From Sulfurimonadaceae bacterium (GTDB lineage Bacteria; Campylobacterota; Campylobacteria; Campylobacterales; Sulfurimonadaceae), in NCBI GenBank assembly GCA_041571435.1, contig JBFFUI010000010.1:1-56396 (forward strand): DNA of 56,396 nucleotides, written 5' to 3'. Below, piece by piece: positions 1 through 11,424 of this stretch. How positions within the stretch are numbered: the stretch's first letter is position 1; every line of letters begins with the position of its first letter. The notes beneath the pieces are model-generated. The model did no database searches. It was not told the origin of the DNA and saw only the letters and a list, made by a program, of their open reading frames with translations. The translations under genes were made by a program, and so were the position numbers.

Positions 1-1238
1 ATGTGCTCAATCTTTTTGAATGCTATTCGGATTCGGCTATCTACGGCGGTAGTATTGATGTCAGAAGCAAGTTCACTGAAAAAGTCATCGGTATCACTGT
101 AGATGAGATCAATGCAATCATCGGTATGGAGGTCCAAAAAGCGACGATCGCCAAACTGTTGAAAGGTCTGGGCTTTGAGCTCTGCAAGTCAAAAGGCGAC
201 AACTTTGTTGTTGAAGTCCCGCGTTACCGTCATGATATCGTCAATAAACAGGATGTTGTCGAAGAGATCGTCCGTCTTGTCGGTATTGACAACATCGAAT
301 CAAAAGCATTGGACTTTACAGAAGCGTATCGTGTTGATGAGGATTATGCAGCCTACACAAAACGTAAAGTCTATCGCCATCGGGCGGCGCAGAGCGGTTT
401 TTATGAAACCGTCCATTTTGTCTTTAATGAACGTGCTGTTTTGGATAAATACAGCTTTGCGACGGTCCATGCGTCAAAAGAGCTGCTTAATCCTATCGCA
501 GGGACGCTGGATACGCTGCGTTCAACGATGATGCTCGGACTGGTTCAGGCCGCTTCGCACAATGTCAAAGTGGGACAGAAGTCGGTAAAACTTTTTGAGT
601 CGGGTTCTGTTTTCGATGCAGAGCGCTCTGAAAGTGTCAAGTTCGCCTTTTTAAGTTCAGGCACTTTGGAGCGCGACAAAATCAGTAACGGCGGGAAACC
701 GGCCAATGTAGGCTTCGCCTCGTTTGTTCAGAAGATTGCAGATGTTCTCGGTGACATCACGTTGCGAGAAATAACGCCGACACACACCTTCGCGCACCCT
801 TATCAGGTGGCAGCTGTCATCCAGAACGACAAGGTGATCGGCGAACTGTTTAAACTGCACCCATCGATCGCAGAAGAGTACGACCTTGAAGATACCTATC
901 TGTGTGAAGTTGATTTCAATGCACTGGAATATGGTGTGCAAGAGGCAAAAAGCTACTCCAAATACCAGGCATCGTTTAGAGACCTGAGTGTCGTCATGCC
1001 GGCATCAATGAACTACGGCGAGATCGTTAAAGTCATAGATGCCCATAAAAGTGCCGAGATGGTCCGTTTCTATCCTGTGGACCGTTACAGCGATGAAATA
1101 CTGGGTGACAACATCAGTCTGAGCCTCCGTTTTGTACTGCAGTCGGAAGAGAAGACACTTGAAGAAGAGGATATCACATCCGCTATGAGCTCGGTGCTCA
1201 CAGCGCTCGAGACAGAACTGGGATTGACACTGCGATGA
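1..1238 (+). CDS. pheT: Phenylalanine--tRNA ligase beta subunit (5' end outside window)
   Basis: VPRYRHDI...[12 protein letters not shown]5 motif, LLNPI...LRSTM and C-terminal FDX-ACB domain ([13 protein letters not shown]...[14 protein letters not shown]). Stop overlaps the aroA start (ATGA). Confidence 0.97.
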   Translation, partial: VLNLFECYSDSAIYGGSIDVRSKFTEKVIGITVDEINAIIGMEVQKATIAKLLKGLGFELCKSKGDNFVVEVPRYRHDIVNKQDVVEEIVRLVGIDNIESKALDFTEAYRVDEDYAAYTKRKVYRHRAAQSGFYETVHFVFNERAVLDKYSFATVHASKELLNPIAGTLDTLRSTMMLGLVQAASHNVKVGQKSVKLFESGSVFDAERSESVKFAFLSSGTLERDKISNGGKPANVGFASFVQKIADVLGDITLREITPTHTFAHPYQVAAVIQNDKVIGELFKLHPSIAEEYDLEDTYLCEVDFNALEYGVQEAKSYSKYQASFRDLSVVMPASMNYGEIVKVIDAHKSAEMVRFYPVDRYSDEILGDNISLSLRFVLQSEEKTLEEEDITSAMSSVLTALETELGLTLR

Positions 1239-2518
1239 GTTCAGTCAAGGTCGCACCTCGCGTAAAGGCTTTCAGTTTTAAAACAGATGCCATCGCTGCC
1301 GACAAGTCTATCTCGCACCGATGTGCGATGTTCGCTATGCTTGCAAACGGCGAAAGTGTGATTGAAAACTTCTTACGCGCTGAAGACACGATGAACTCCC
1401 TTCGTATTGTTGAGAAACTGGGTGCAAAAGTTGTCGATAACGGTTCTGTTATCCGTATTTCATCCGAAGGTATTAAAGAGAGTGACGACATCCTTGATTG
1501 CGGTAATTCCGGTACCGGTATGCGTCTATTTTGTGGGTTGTTGGCATCTGCCGAAGGCCACTTTATCCTGACCGGTGACGAGTATCTTAAACGCCGTCCG
1601 ATGAAGCGTGTTACAGCACCGCTGCGAAGTATCGGAGCCAAACTCGATGGACGCAATGAAGGTGATCTTGCACCATTGAGTATCAGAGGCGCTTCGCTGA
1701 AGGCCTTTGATTATGAAAGTAAAATTGCATCTGCCCAAGTGAAATCGGCAATGATCCTAGCCGCGTTGAGAGCAGACGGGACCTGTACCTACAGAGAACC
1801 TGAGCTCAGCCGCGACCATACGGAACGTATGTTGAAAGGGATGGGTGCCGATATTACGGTTCATGGTCTTGCAACAACCATTAAGCCAATGACAAAACTT
1901 CTTTCACCCCTAAAGATTCGTGTTCCGGCAGACCCTTCATCAGCCTTTTTCTTTGCTGTTGCAGCTGCGATCACTCCGGATTCAGAAGTCGTTCTTGAAG
2001 GTGTCACCTTCAACCCAACCCGCATAGAAGCCTTTAAAGCTTTAGAAAGAATGGGTACAGAGATCAGTTATGATCTTAAAGAAGATGTTTATGAACCAAT
2101 TGGCAACATTACAATTAAATATGCGCCGCTCAAAGCGATAAGGGTTGATGAGAACATCTCATGGCTGATCGATGAGCTTCCTGTCCTCTCCATCGCAATG
2201 GCCTGTGCCGAAGGACGGAGTGTCGTTGCCAACGCTGAAGAGCTGCGTGTTAAAGAGAGCGACCGTATCTCGACCGTTGTTGATAATTTGAAAGCCTGCG
2301 GTATCGAGGTCGAAGAGTTTGAAGACGGTTATGCAGTGACCGGCGGCACACTGACATCAGCTGTTGTCGACAGTTTTGGCGATCACCGTATTGCGATGAG
2401 CTTTATCATTGCAGGTCTGCGCTGTGGCATGGAGGTTAAGGATGTTGACTGTATCAACACCTCATTTCCGAACTTCTTTGACCTTCTGTCAAAAATTTCA
2501 GAAGTCGAAAGCGTCTAA
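1235..2518 (+). CDS. aroA: 3-phosphoshikimate 1-carboxyvinyltransferase (EPSP synthase)
   Basis: [38 protein letters not shown] and DHRIAM motifs. Confidence 0.98.
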   Translation: MSSVKVAPRVKAFSFKTDAIAADKSISHRCAMFAMLANGESVIENFLRAEDTMNSLRIVEKLGAKVVDNGSVIRISSEGIKESDDILDCGNSGTGMRLFCGLLASAEGHFILTGDEYLKRRPMKRVTAPLRSIGAKLDGRNEGDLAPLSIRGASLKAFDYESKIASAQVKSAMILAALRADGTCTYREPELSRDHTERMLKGMGADITVHGLATTIKPMTKLLSPLKIRVPADPSSAFFFAVAAAITPDSEVVLEGVTFNPTRIEAFKALERMGTEISYDLKEDVYEPIGNITIKYAPLKAIRVDENISWLIDELPVLSIAMACAEGRSVVANAEELRVKESDRISTVVDNLKACGIEVEEFEDGYAVTGGTLTSAVVDSFGDHRIAMSFIIAGLRCGMEVKDVDCINTSFPNFFDLLSKISEVESV

Positions 2519-2625
2519 CCGTTATTTCACCGCGGTTAATCTCCCTCTTACGCTTCCCGCAGAGAGAGGTATTAGTGTTAATTCGCCGAAGGATTGATTC
2601 CTTTGGCATATAAAGGATGATGGCT

Positions 2626-3468
2626 ATGAAGATAAAGCTAGCCGAAAATTACGGTTTCTGTTTCGGTGTCAAACGCGCCATCAAGATCGCAGAAGATAAC
2701 ACCAACTCAGCGACCTATGGACCGCTTATTCATAACTCAAAAGAGATCGCACGCCTAAAAACAGATTTTAATGTGGCTTTGAGTGAGAATCTTGCTGATT
2801 TTAAGACAGGTGACAAAGCTGTTATCCGTACCCACGGTATTCCTAAAGAGGAACTCTCGGAACTTCATAAACGCAAGGTTAATGTTATCGATGCGACCTG
2901 TCCTTATGTGACCAAACCGCAGCAGATCTGTGAAGAGATGAGTGAAGCGGGTTATGACATTGTCATTTTCGGTGACGAAGCTCACCCCGAGATCAAAGGG
3001 GTTAAAAGTTACGCAACCAACGGCGCCTATGTTGTCACTTCTGTTGCTGACCTGGAAAAACTTCACCTTAAAGATAAGATCGCCGTCGTCGCGCAGACAA
3101 CTCGCAAGGTGGAGAACTATCTGGAAATCTGTAACTATCTTATTCCGCGCCACAAAGAGGTGCGTGTTTTCAATACGATCTGTAATGCGACGTTCGAGAA
3201 CCAGGATGCGGTCAGAAAGCTTGCCCAAGAGGCGGATGTGATGATCGTTATCGGCGGGATGAACTCCTCCAACACCAAGCAGCTGCAAAGTATTGCCCGC
3301 GATGAGCAACATATTGACTCTTACCATATAGAAGGGGCAGATGATCTGCAAGCCTTATGGTTCGAGGGTAAAGAGCTGTGCGGCATCAGTGCCGGTGCAT
3401 CGACGCCTGACTGGATCATTCAACAGGTTGTCGATGCCATTAAAAGTATGACTGAAAAGCAGGTCTGA
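2626..3468 (+). CDS. ispH: 4-hydroxy-3-methylbut-2-enyl diphosphate reductase
   Basis: GFCFGVKRA, IRTHG, DATCPYV, QTT, TICNAT, SSNT and SAGASTPDW motifs. Start set at ATG 2626, 8 nt after SD AAAGGA. Confidence 0.97.
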   Translation: MKIKLAENYGFCFGVKRAIKIAEDNTNSATYGPLIHNSKEIARLKTDFNVALSENLADFKTGDKAVIRTHGIPKEELSELHKRKVNVIDATCPYVTKPQQICEEMSEAGYDIVIFGDEAHPEIKGVKSYATNGAYVVTSVADLEKLHLKDKIAVVAQTTRKVENYLEICNYLIPRHKEVRVFNTICNATFENQDAVRKLAQEADVMIVIGGMNSSNTKQLQSIARDEQHIDSYHIEGADDLQALWFEGKELCGISAGASTPDWIIQQVVDAIKSMTEKQV

Positions 3469-3737
3469 ACCACTTTTCAGTCAGCGAATCGCATGTCTGT
3501 CTTCTTCTATCTTAATGATTGCATTTATTATAGATACTAAACGACCAGAATTGCTGCACGAAACAGAGCATGTATATCTGAGAATCTAGATGGATTTGCT
3601 AAGGAGTAACTGCAAATCGAAGCGACATTTTCCAAGTTAATGCAACCGGAGCAAGACAAAGGGTCTAAAACCTTACATTTATAAATCAATTTACTATTTT
3701 GTATAAAAAGAACTTCCAATATTAAGTAAGACTGAGC

Positions 3738-3743
3738 TATAAT
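3738..3743 (+). promoter_or_regulatory. Probable sigma70 -10 box for rpsA
   Basis: TATAAT 33 nt before the rpsA ATG in an AT-rich context. Confidence 0.55.
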
Positions 3744-3776
3744 TACGAAATTTTATTACGTTACAAGGGAAACTGT

Positions 3777-5432
3777 ATGGCTGAAGAGCTTTTAGAAGAA
3801 GAAAATTTTGCGGCAATGTTTGAGGCGTCTGAGAAGGCACAAGAATCCTCAAACCGTATTGTTGAAGGCGAAATTGTTGAATTGCAAGAAGAAGATAATC
3901 GTGCACTGGTCGGTGTTGGCGAGAAGTTAGAGGGAATCCTTCCTTTAGATGAGATCCGTGATGAAAATGGTGAGCTTACACATAAAGTAGGTGACAGTAT
4001 TACTGTAATGGTAACGGGTTACTACAACGAGCGTCCGAAGATCTCTCACAAAAAAGTGCTTGAGCAAGCTAAAACTGTTGAATACATCAATGCACACAAA
4101 GATGATTATGAAGATATCGTTATCGAAGGTGTTATCACGAACAAAAATCGCGGTGGTTACGTTATCGAGATGGATTCTGTGAAGTTCTTTATGCCGCGTT
4201 CACTTGCAGCATTTAAAGACAGTGATGATGTTGTCGGTCGTAAGGTTAAAGCACAGATCATTAAACTTGACCCTGAGGATACATCAATTGTTGTATCTCG
4301 CCGTAAACTTTTCAATGAAGAGCGCAAGAAGAAAAAAGAGGTTATCGATAAGTTGATGGCTGATGGTACACCTATTGAAGGGACTATCAAGAAGATCACA
4401 TCTTACGGTATGTTCGTTGACGTTGGTGGTGTTGACGGTCTTGTTCACTATAACGAGATCTCTTACAAAGGGCCTGTTAACCCATCAAAACTCTACAAAG
4501 AGGGTGATAAAGTTACAGTAAAGGCGATCTCTTACGACAAAGATAAACGTCACCTTTCTCTTTCTATCAAAGCATGTCAGGAAGATCCTTGGGCTGAAGT
4601 TGAGTCTGAGCTGGATGAAGGCGATACAATTACCGTTACGGTAAGCAACATCGAATCTTACGGTGTATTTGTTGACCTGGGTAACGATATTGAAGGTTTC
4701 CTTCATATCTCAGAGATCACATGGGACAAAAACATCAAAAACCCGGCTGACTATCTGACTGTCGGACAAGAGATTGATGTGGAAGTTATCGAGATCAACT
4801 CGCAAACACATAAACTTCGTGTATCACTGAAGCGTCTTCTTCCTAAACCATTCGATGAGTTTGTTAAGAAACGTAAAGAGGGTGATATCACGACAGGTGT
4901 TGTGACTTCTCTTACTGACTTTGGTGCATTTGTCAAGATCGATGGTGTTGAAGGTCTTCTTCATAACCAGGATGTCTCTTGGGAAAAAGGTGCTAAAGCC
5001 AAAGACATGTTCAAAAAAGGTGACGAGGTTGAAGTCAAGATCGCACGTATCAACCGTGACGACCAGAAAATCTCTCTTAACCATAAATGTCTTCAGGACA
5101 GCCCGATCGATACGTTTGCAGCTAACCACAGCCGTAATGAAATTGTTACTGGTAAGATCCGTGATATTAAAGACTTCGGTGTATTCGTTTCACTTGATGA
5201 TGGTGTTGATGCACTTATCCGTGACGAAGACCTTGAACCACTTGTCAAAGAAGAGCTTGAGATCGGTCAAGAGATTGAAGCAGTCATCGCTGTTATCGAC
5301 ACGCAACGTGACCGTATCCGTCTTTCTGTCAAACAGCTTTCTCGTGTAAATGACCAGAAGATCATTGCTGATCTTAACAAAGAAGATGCCGGTAACACAC
5401 TTGGTGACCTTCTTAAAGACAAACTTAAATAA
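3777..5432 (+). CDS. rpsA: 30S ribosomal protein S1
   Basis: Repeated S1 domains (YGMFVDVGGVDGLVH, YGVFVDLG...GFLHISEI, FGAFVKIDGVEGLLH). Follows ispH as in Campylobacterota. Confidence 0.98.
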   Translation: MAEELLEEENFAAMFEASEKAQESSNRIVEGEIVELQEEDNRALVGVGEKLEGILPLDEIRDENGELTHKVGDSITVMVTGYYNERPKISHKKVLEQAKTVEYINAHKDDYEDIVIEGVITNKNRGGYVIEMDSVKFFMPRSLAAFKDSDDVVGRKVKAQIIKLDPEDTSIVVSRRKLFNEERKKKKEVIDKLMADGTPIEGTIKKITSYGMFVDVGGVDGLVHYNEISYKGPVNPSKLYKEGDKVTVKAISYDKDKRHLSLSIKACQEDPWAEVESELDEGDTITVTVSNIESYGVFVDLGNDIEGFLHISEITWDKNIKNPADYLTVGQEIDVEVIEINSQTHKLRVSLKRLLPKPFDEFVKKRKEGDITTGVVTSLTDFGAFVKIDGVEGLLHNQDVSWEKGAKAKDMFKKGDEVEVKIARINRDDQKISLNHKCLQDSPIDTFAANHSRNEIVTGKIRDIKDFGVFVSLDDGVDALIRDEDLEPLVKEELEIGQEIEAVIAVIDTQRDRIRLSVKQLSRVNDQKIIADLNKEDAGNTLGDLLKDKLK

Positions 5433-5452
5433 GCAATTCCCTTGCATAACTA

Positions 5453-5486
5453 ATGTAAGCCGTAGCCTTTTTGGCTACTCTTGCAT
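5453..5486 (+). terminator. Hairpin after rpsA (terminator or stabiliser)
   Basis: GTAGCC-TTTTT-GGCTAC stem extended by ATGTAAG/CTTGCAT. The U-tail is weak. Confidence 0.45.
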
Positions 5487-5566
5487 ACTTCAAATACGAT
5501 TTTGACTTGAATATATTAGTCAATATATTGATGTCAAAATTCATATTTTTTACAGGATAATTACCC

Positions 5567-7153
5567 ATGGAACAATATAAAGTCGTAGTTTGTGACCACA
5601 TTCACGAAGCTGGTCTAGAGATGCTGAAAAACGATCCTCAGATCGATTATGTATTTGCTGCTGATATCGACAAGACAGCTCTTTTAGATGTTATTGCTGA
5701 TGCTGATGTTGCGATCACACGTAGTTCGACTGATGTTGACGAGAAGTTTATTGCTGCGGCTAAAAAGATGAAAGCGGTTGTTCGTGCCGGTGTTGGTGTT
5801 GATAACGTCGACATTGAGGGTTGTTCAAAAGAGGGTATCATCGTTATGAACGTACCGACGGCAAATACGATCGCCGCGGTTGAACTTACGATGACGCATA
5901 TGCTCTCATGTATGCGTATGTTCCCATACTCGCATGACCACCTTAAAAACCAGCGCATCTGGAAACGTGAGAAGTGGTACGGATATGAGCTAAAGGGCAA
6001 AAAACTGGGTGTCATCGGTTTCGGTAATATTGGTAGCCGTGTTGCTATCCGTTCTAAAGCTTTCGAGATGGATGTTATTGCGTATGACCCATATATCAAT
6101 GCTTCTAAAGTGACTGATCTTGGTATGACATACACGGAGAACTTCGATGATATCCTGGCCTGTGACATCATTACGATCCATACACCAAAAAATCAAGAGA
6201 CGTTGAACATCATCGACAAAGAAGAGATCGCCAAGATGAAAGACGGTGTCGTACTTGTCAACTGTGCACGCGGCGGTCTTTATAACGAAGATGCTCTTTA
6301 CGATGGTCTTAAATCTGGAAAGATCCGTTTCGCAGGTATCGATGTCTTTATCAAAGAGCCGGCGACAGACCACCCGTTGCTAGAACTTGATAACATTGTT
6401 GTCTCACCTCACTTGGGTGCCAACACATTTGAGTCTCAGTACAACATCGGTACACAGGCCGCGCAGCAGGCTGCTGAAGCAGCGAAGGGGATAGCTTATC
6501 CTCATGCCTTTAATCTGCCGATCGATGAGAGCAAGATCCCATCATTCGTAAAACCGTTTTTGGAGATGGGTCAAAAACTCGGTTTCCTTGCTTCTCAGAT
6601 CAACAAAGCACCAATTGTCTCTGTCAAAGTGAGCGGTGACGGTGATATTGCACAATATCTCGAGTCTCTCTCTACCTTTGCATTGGTCGGTGCGATGGCA
6701 GAGAATACGGGTGATACTGTCAACTATGTCAATGCAGAGTTTATCGCTGAAGAGCGCGGTATTAAAGTCGAGGTTGAAGACACCAATGTGAAAACACCGT
6801 ACAAAAACCTTATTACGGTTAAATTGACAACAGAGAAACAGGCACTAAGCATCTCTGCAACAATCTTTGAAGATGACGTACAGCGTATCGTGGATATTGA
6901 CGGTTTCGAAGTCGATGTAGCACTTAAAGGGAACATGATCATCTTTAAGAACACGGACGTACCGGGTGTTATCGGTAATGTCGGTACGATTCTTGCCAGC
7001 CATAATGTCAACATCTCAGACTTCCGTCTTGGCCGCAACAACAAGTCAGAAGCCTTGGCGGTCATCCTGATCGACTCTGATGTAACCGATGCTGCTTTGG
7101 TTGAGCTCTCTAAACTAGAGGCGTGTATCAGCGTTAAAGCGGTGCGTCTGTAG
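5567..7153 (+). CDS. serA: D-3-phosphoglycerate dehydrogenase (with ASB and ACT domains)
   Basis: RAGVGVDNVD, GVIGFGNIG, NCARGG, SPHLGANT and C-terminal ACT (DVPGVIGNVGTILASHNVNI). Confidence 0.97.
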   Translation: MEQYKVVVCDHIHEAGLEMLKNDPQIDYVFAADIDKTALLDVIADADVAITRSSTDVDEKFIAAAKKMKAVVRAGVGVDNVDIEGCSKEGIIVMNVPTANTIAAVELTMTHMLSCMRMFPYSHDHLKNQRIWKREKWYGYELKGKKLGVIGFGNIGSRVAIRSKAFEMDVIAYDPYINASKVTDLGMTYTENFDDILACDIITIHTPKNQETLNIIDKEEIAKMKDGVVLVNCARGGLYNEDALYDGLKSGKIRFAGIDVFIKEPATDHPLLELDNIVVSPHLGANTFESQYNIGTQAAQQAAEAAKGIAYPHAFNLPIDESKIPSFVKPFLEMGQKLGFLASQINKAPIVSVKVSGDGDIAQYLESLSTFALVGAMAENTGDTVNYVNAEFIAEERGIKVEVEDTNVKTPYKNLITVKLTTEKQALSISATIFEDDVQRIVDIDGFEVDVALKGNMIIFKNTDVPGVIGNVGTILASHNVNISDFRLGRNNKSEALAVILIDSDVTDAALVELSKLEACISVKAVRL

Positions 7154-7163
7154 CGCTTTTCTA

Positions 7164-7184
7164 CCGCCGGCAGCGGCGGGTTTT
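7164..7184 (+). terminator. Rho-independent terminator after serA
   Basis: CCGCCG-GCAG-CGGCGG followed by GTTTT. Confidence 0.7.
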
Positions 7185-7265
7185 CCCTCTTTAATTTCAA
7201 CATTTTTTCGTAAACCGCTAAATTTTATTGTGCTTCAATGGACTATACCTTTTCAAGGATAGTTT

Positions 7266-9617
7266 ATGAAACTGCCCAAGATTGCCATACGTACCAATAT
7301 TTTTACCCACATTCTTCTTATCGTCACGACAGTTGTTATCGTCCTCTCCGGCGTGCAGTACTACTTCAGCAAAGTGTTGGCGGAGACAGCAACACAAAAG
7401 AGCTTTATCAGATAGCTGAAAGCATTACCGCGGAAATGAACAGCCGCGATTAATTTGCCAAAGAGATTCTCTATCAGATGTAGCACTTTCCCGGAATCAG
7501 CGAGGCGTTAGCAGAGGAGCTTCCGATGGCGCTTATCGGGCGGTATATCTATACGCTCTCACACAATCCTAACATCTATGCCATCTACAGTGGCGATGAA
7601 AACGGTGATTTTCTTGAGGTCATCAATATGAAGAGTTCAAAACAGCTCTACCGTCATTTTACTGCAGCTGTCAAGACGCGGTGGCTAATCATCAAAGTCA
7701 CGAGACGCGATGCCGAACGAAAAAAGATATTTTACAATCTGGATGACGCGCTTTCTCAGCTGCGTCAATCCGAAGAGTCCTCGGACTATATGGCAAACCT
7801 TCGATCATGGTACCAACAGGCTATAGGTACGGATCGTGCCGTCAGAAGTAATCCTTATACCTTCAGCAACCTTCAAGAGAAGGGGATCACCTACTCTAAA
7901 TGGGTCGGAATAACCTCGACGGTCCTGGCACTTGACTTCACCTTGTCAAAACTGAACATTTTGCTCAAATCGCTCAAGTTCTCGGATTCGAGTAAGATCG
8001 TACTGTTTACAAGTGAAGGTGAAACGATTGCTTCGTCTGAAGATTCGTTCCTAAAGAGCGATAAAGAGGCCAACCTGCAGCTAATAGACAACCAGCAGGA
8101 GCAGGTCTTCTTAAAAGAAGAGGGTGGGCGAGAACGTTATACGATGGTGACAACGCTAAACAGCGAAAACGGAACCGCCACCTATCTTTCTATCAGTGTT
8201 GATCAGAATGAGATGCTATATTGAAAACATCGGTTTATGGCGTGGCGGCAGCATTTCTCATCTTTTTGCTCAATCTGCCGGTCGTCATCTTTGCGACATC
8301 TCGTATCGTCAAACCTATCAATGCATTGATGGTCGAGAATAAAAAGGTAAGGGAGCGCAACTTTGAAGATGTCAAAGAGGTTCAGACCAATATTATAGAG
8401 CTTAGCCGGCTATCCTCTTCTCTCGTCGATATGTCAAAGAGTATTCAGGCGTACCAGGAGGCGCAAAAAGAGCTGATTGACTCGTTTATCAGGCTGATTG
8501 CCGACGCGATCGATGCCAAATCCCCCCCCCTATACCGGAGGACACTGTAAACGGGTGCCGGTTCTGGCAACGATGCTGGTTGAAGAGGCCTGCAAGGCAG
8601 AGAGCGGGATGCTAAAGGGATTCTCTTTTTCGACAATAGATGAGATGGATGAGTTTGCGAGGGGGCTTGGCTTCATGACTGCGGCAAGATAACGACGCCG
8701 GAGTATGTTGTCGACAAGGCGACAAAGCTTGAAACCATCTATAACCGGATCTACGAGATACGAACACGTTTCGAGGTGATCTGGCGTGATATTGAGATCG
8801 TATATCTGGAAGGTAAGGAGAAGGGAGAACTCAAACTAGGGAGAGAAAGAACATCAGAGACTTATGGATGATTTTACCTTTATAGCTGAGACAAATATAG
8901 GCGGTGAGTTTATGGATGAAACGCGAAAAGAGCGCATCAGAACCATAGCACAACGGACATGGATGCGCCATTTTGATGATTGACTGGGGGTATCGGAGGA
9001 TGAACTGCAACGTTATACCGAGAGTACAGAGAGAAGGCTGCCAGTAGTTAAAAATCTACTCGCTGACAGGGTCGAACATATAATAGAGAGATTCGATTTT
9101 GATAAAGAAGGGTATGAACAGCAGGGCTTTAAGCTCCATGTTCCAGAACATCTGTATAACCATGGCGAAATCTATAATCTCTGTATTGAGAAGGGGACGC
9201 TGACAGACGAAGAGCGGTTTAAAATACAGGAACATGTCATTATGTCGATCAAGATGCTTGAGCAGCTCCCCCTACACCGATGAGATGAAAAGAATTCCTG
9301 AATATGCGGGAACGCATCATGAGACATTAGTCGGCAACGGTTATCCGCGTGAACTCACTGCCGACGAACTTTCAATACCGGCCAGAATTATGGCAATCGC
9401 CGATATCTTTGAAGCTTTGACCGCCTCAGACCGTCCCTATAAAAAAGGGAAGACACTTACACAGGCACTTAAGATCATGCAGTTTATGGTGAAAGACCAG
9501 CATATCGACGGTGAACTATTTGCACTCTTCTTACGCTCGGGTATCCATAAAACGTATGCAGAGAAGTACCTAAAATCTGAACAGATAGACGAAGTGGATA
9601 TCGAAGCATATATCTAG
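7266..9617 (+). pseudogene. Decayed membrane sensor (Cache/HAMP-like)-HD-GYP c-di-GMP phosphodiesterase
   Basis: Fragments in alternating frames: N-terminal TM (MKLPKIAIRTNIFTHILLIV...), AIDAKSP/YTGGHCKRV, AWLHDCGKITTPEYVVDKATKLETIYNRI, KGTLTDEERFKIQEHV and HHETLVGNGYP...RIMAIADIFEALTASDRPYK. In-frame stops (e.g. 7451, 7481, 8981) and frameshifts (~7408, C9 at 8522-8530, ~8661, ~9270). Confidence 0.9.
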
Positions 9618-9661
9618 AACGTTACAGCTTCAGTGCCTATTCGAAAGGAAGGGTGTTTGAA

Positions 9662-9691
9662 TTCACGCCCGCCCAAAGGCGAGAGTGTGAA
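9662..9691 (-). terminator. Hairpin downstream of the RND operon, between convergent genes
   Basis: TTCACGC..CGCC-CAAA-GGCG..GTGTGAA imperfect stem. Confidence 0.45.
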
Positions 9692-9702
9692 AGAGAGATC
9701 TG

Positions 9703-11424
9703 TTAGACGAAGTGGTCCGGATTGTCTACAGAGACCGTTTTTCGTTCCACAAAATCAAAGTGCTTGTCCAGGTCCGCATTGTGCAGCAGTACAGGTACGA
9801 TCATCAAGGAGGCAACGACCGCCGCGACCGTACCGAAGATCAAGGCAACACCCAAACCACCAAAGACCGCATCAGAGGCCAGAAGCGTCGAAGCAAGGAT
9901 AATCGCCGCCGCTGTCAAAAAGATTGGTTTAGCACGTGTTGCCGATGCGTATGCGATCGCTTCCGTCTTATGCATCCCTTTATCGTGGATCAACGACTTG
10001 GTAAAGTCGATGAGCAGCAACGAGTTGCGCGAGCTGATCCCGATCAGGGCGATAAAGCCGATCAGTGAGGTCGCTGTCAGGAAAAAGGTGTCTGTTGTAA
10101 AGATATCCATTATCCAGTGACCGATAACGACACCGATGATGGAGAGAAAACTCCCCAGCAGCACAATACCGCTCAGCACAAAACTTTTGTAATAGATGAC
10201 CAGCAGTAAAAAGATCAGGATCAAGGCTGCGATAAATGCACCGCCAAGATCGACAAATGTGTCGAGCGTGACCTTCATTTCTCCATCCCAGAGAAGATGG
10301 TAAGTCTGACCGGATGACTTCTCTTTAAGCTGCAGGTTAAAGAGTCCGACCGTCGTGATCTCATATTCATCGGCCAGCGTCTCCTTGATCTGTGCACGTG
10401 CGTCGATAAGAGGGTAGACTTGCGAGACCATGTCTGTTTCAGCAAGGACATTAGTCATCTTGTGAAGGTCTTTGCTCATGATCATTGGGTTTGACTTCAC
10501 AGCTACGATGTCAACGACTTCGGTGATCGGTACCATCATCCCTCTCTGGTTCATCAGTCTGAGGCTTGAGAGTTTGTTTTCTATAGCCATTTTATCTTTG
10601 TTGGTGAACTTTTTCGTCTCATCGCTGAGAGTCAAGAAAATAGGGATCTGGTCATTGTACTGAGCGCTGTTTTTGACAGCAATGCTCATCCCTTCGAAGG
10701 CAAGGTAGAGAATGTCATTGACCTGCTTGACAGAAAGACCTGACTTGGCGATCTTGACGCTGTTGGCTTTAATCTCGTACTTGTCGTAGATCGTATCTTG
10801 CATGATGTCGATGTCTACCAGACCCTCTGTATTTTTGAAGATCTTCTCGACTTGTTCAGCCAGATGACGAATGCCTTTATCATTGTTGCCGTAGATCTCA
10901 GCGACAACTGCTGCCATTGTCGGTGGGCCTGAAGGGGGCTCGATAAACTTGATATTGGTCTTGGGAATGATGGCCTCACAGTTTTTCTGAATGATCGGGC
11001 GTATGCGCTGTACCATCATGTATGAAGGTTCATCTCTGTCGTGGGCTTTGGTCAGGTTGATGACGACCTCGGCAAGGTTCTCTGCTTCTTTGAAATGCGC
11101 TCCTTTGATGAGGCCTGCAAAATCAAGAGGCGATCCCATACCCAAAAAGACTTCGGTGTCGAGCACCTCTTCTTCTTGTTGGATGTAACCGACCACACAC
11201 TCGCTGACACGTTGGGTCTGCTGAATGGAACTACCTTCAGGAAGGTCGACATAGATGTTAAAGGTGTCATTGTTCTTACCCGGCAGCATCTTGGCCAGAA
11301 CGATCTCGGTCGGAAACATCATCATCGTCAACAAAAAGGCGACAAGAGTACCGATCAGGATCATTTTTTTCTTTTTCTCGCTCTGAAGCCAGGCATAAAT
11401 AAGTGTTTCAAACTTGTCAAACAT
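9703..11424 (-). CDS. RND efflux permease, C-terminal half (split AcrB/CzcA-like)
   Basis: One TM, then a periplasmic domain, then a TM bundle. Motifs GFIALIGISSRNSLLLIDF and TRAKPIFLTA match RND TM10-11. Confidence 0.9.
   Translation of the reverse strand: MFDKFETLIYAWLQSEKKKKMILIGTLVAFLLTMMMFPTEIVLAKMLPGKNNDTFNIYVDLPEGSSIQQTQRVSECVVGYIQQEEEVLDTEVFLGMGSPLDFAGLIKGAHFKEAENLAEVVINLTKAHDRDEPSYMMVQRIRPIIQKNCEAIIPKTNIKFIEPPSGPPTMAAVVAEIYGNNDKGIRHLAEQVEKIFKNTEGLVDIDIMQDTIYDKYEIKANSVKIAKSGLSVKQVNDILYLAFEGMSIAVKNSAQYNDQIPIFLTLSDETKKFTNKDKMAIENKLSSLRLMNQRGMMVPITEVVDIVAVKSNPMIMSKDLHKMTNVLAETDMVSQVYPLIDARAQIKETLADEYEITTVGLFNLQLKEKSSGQTYHLLWDGEMKVTLDTFVDLGGAFIAALILIFLLLVIYYKSFVLSGIVLLGSFLSIIGVVIGHWIMDIFTTDTFFLTATSLIGFIALIGISSRNSLLLIDFTKSLIHDKGMHKTEAIAYASATRAKPIFLTAAAIILASTLLASDAVFGGLGVALIFGTVAAVVASLMIVPVLLHNADLDKHFDFVERKTVSVDNPDHFV

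Noticed and set aside
2560-2610. Glycine riboswitch (GAGAG...CGCCGAAGGA)
   Set aside because: It lacks the CTCTCAGG 3' strand. GCCGAAGGA simply pairs with the adjacent TCCTTTGGC.
3590-3675. yybP-ykoY or c-di-GMP riboswitch upstream of rpsA (AAGGAGTAAC...GCAAGAC...GGGTCTAA)
   Set aside because: Only fragments match, the internal loops and stems are absent, and the probable rpsA -10 lies downstream of it.
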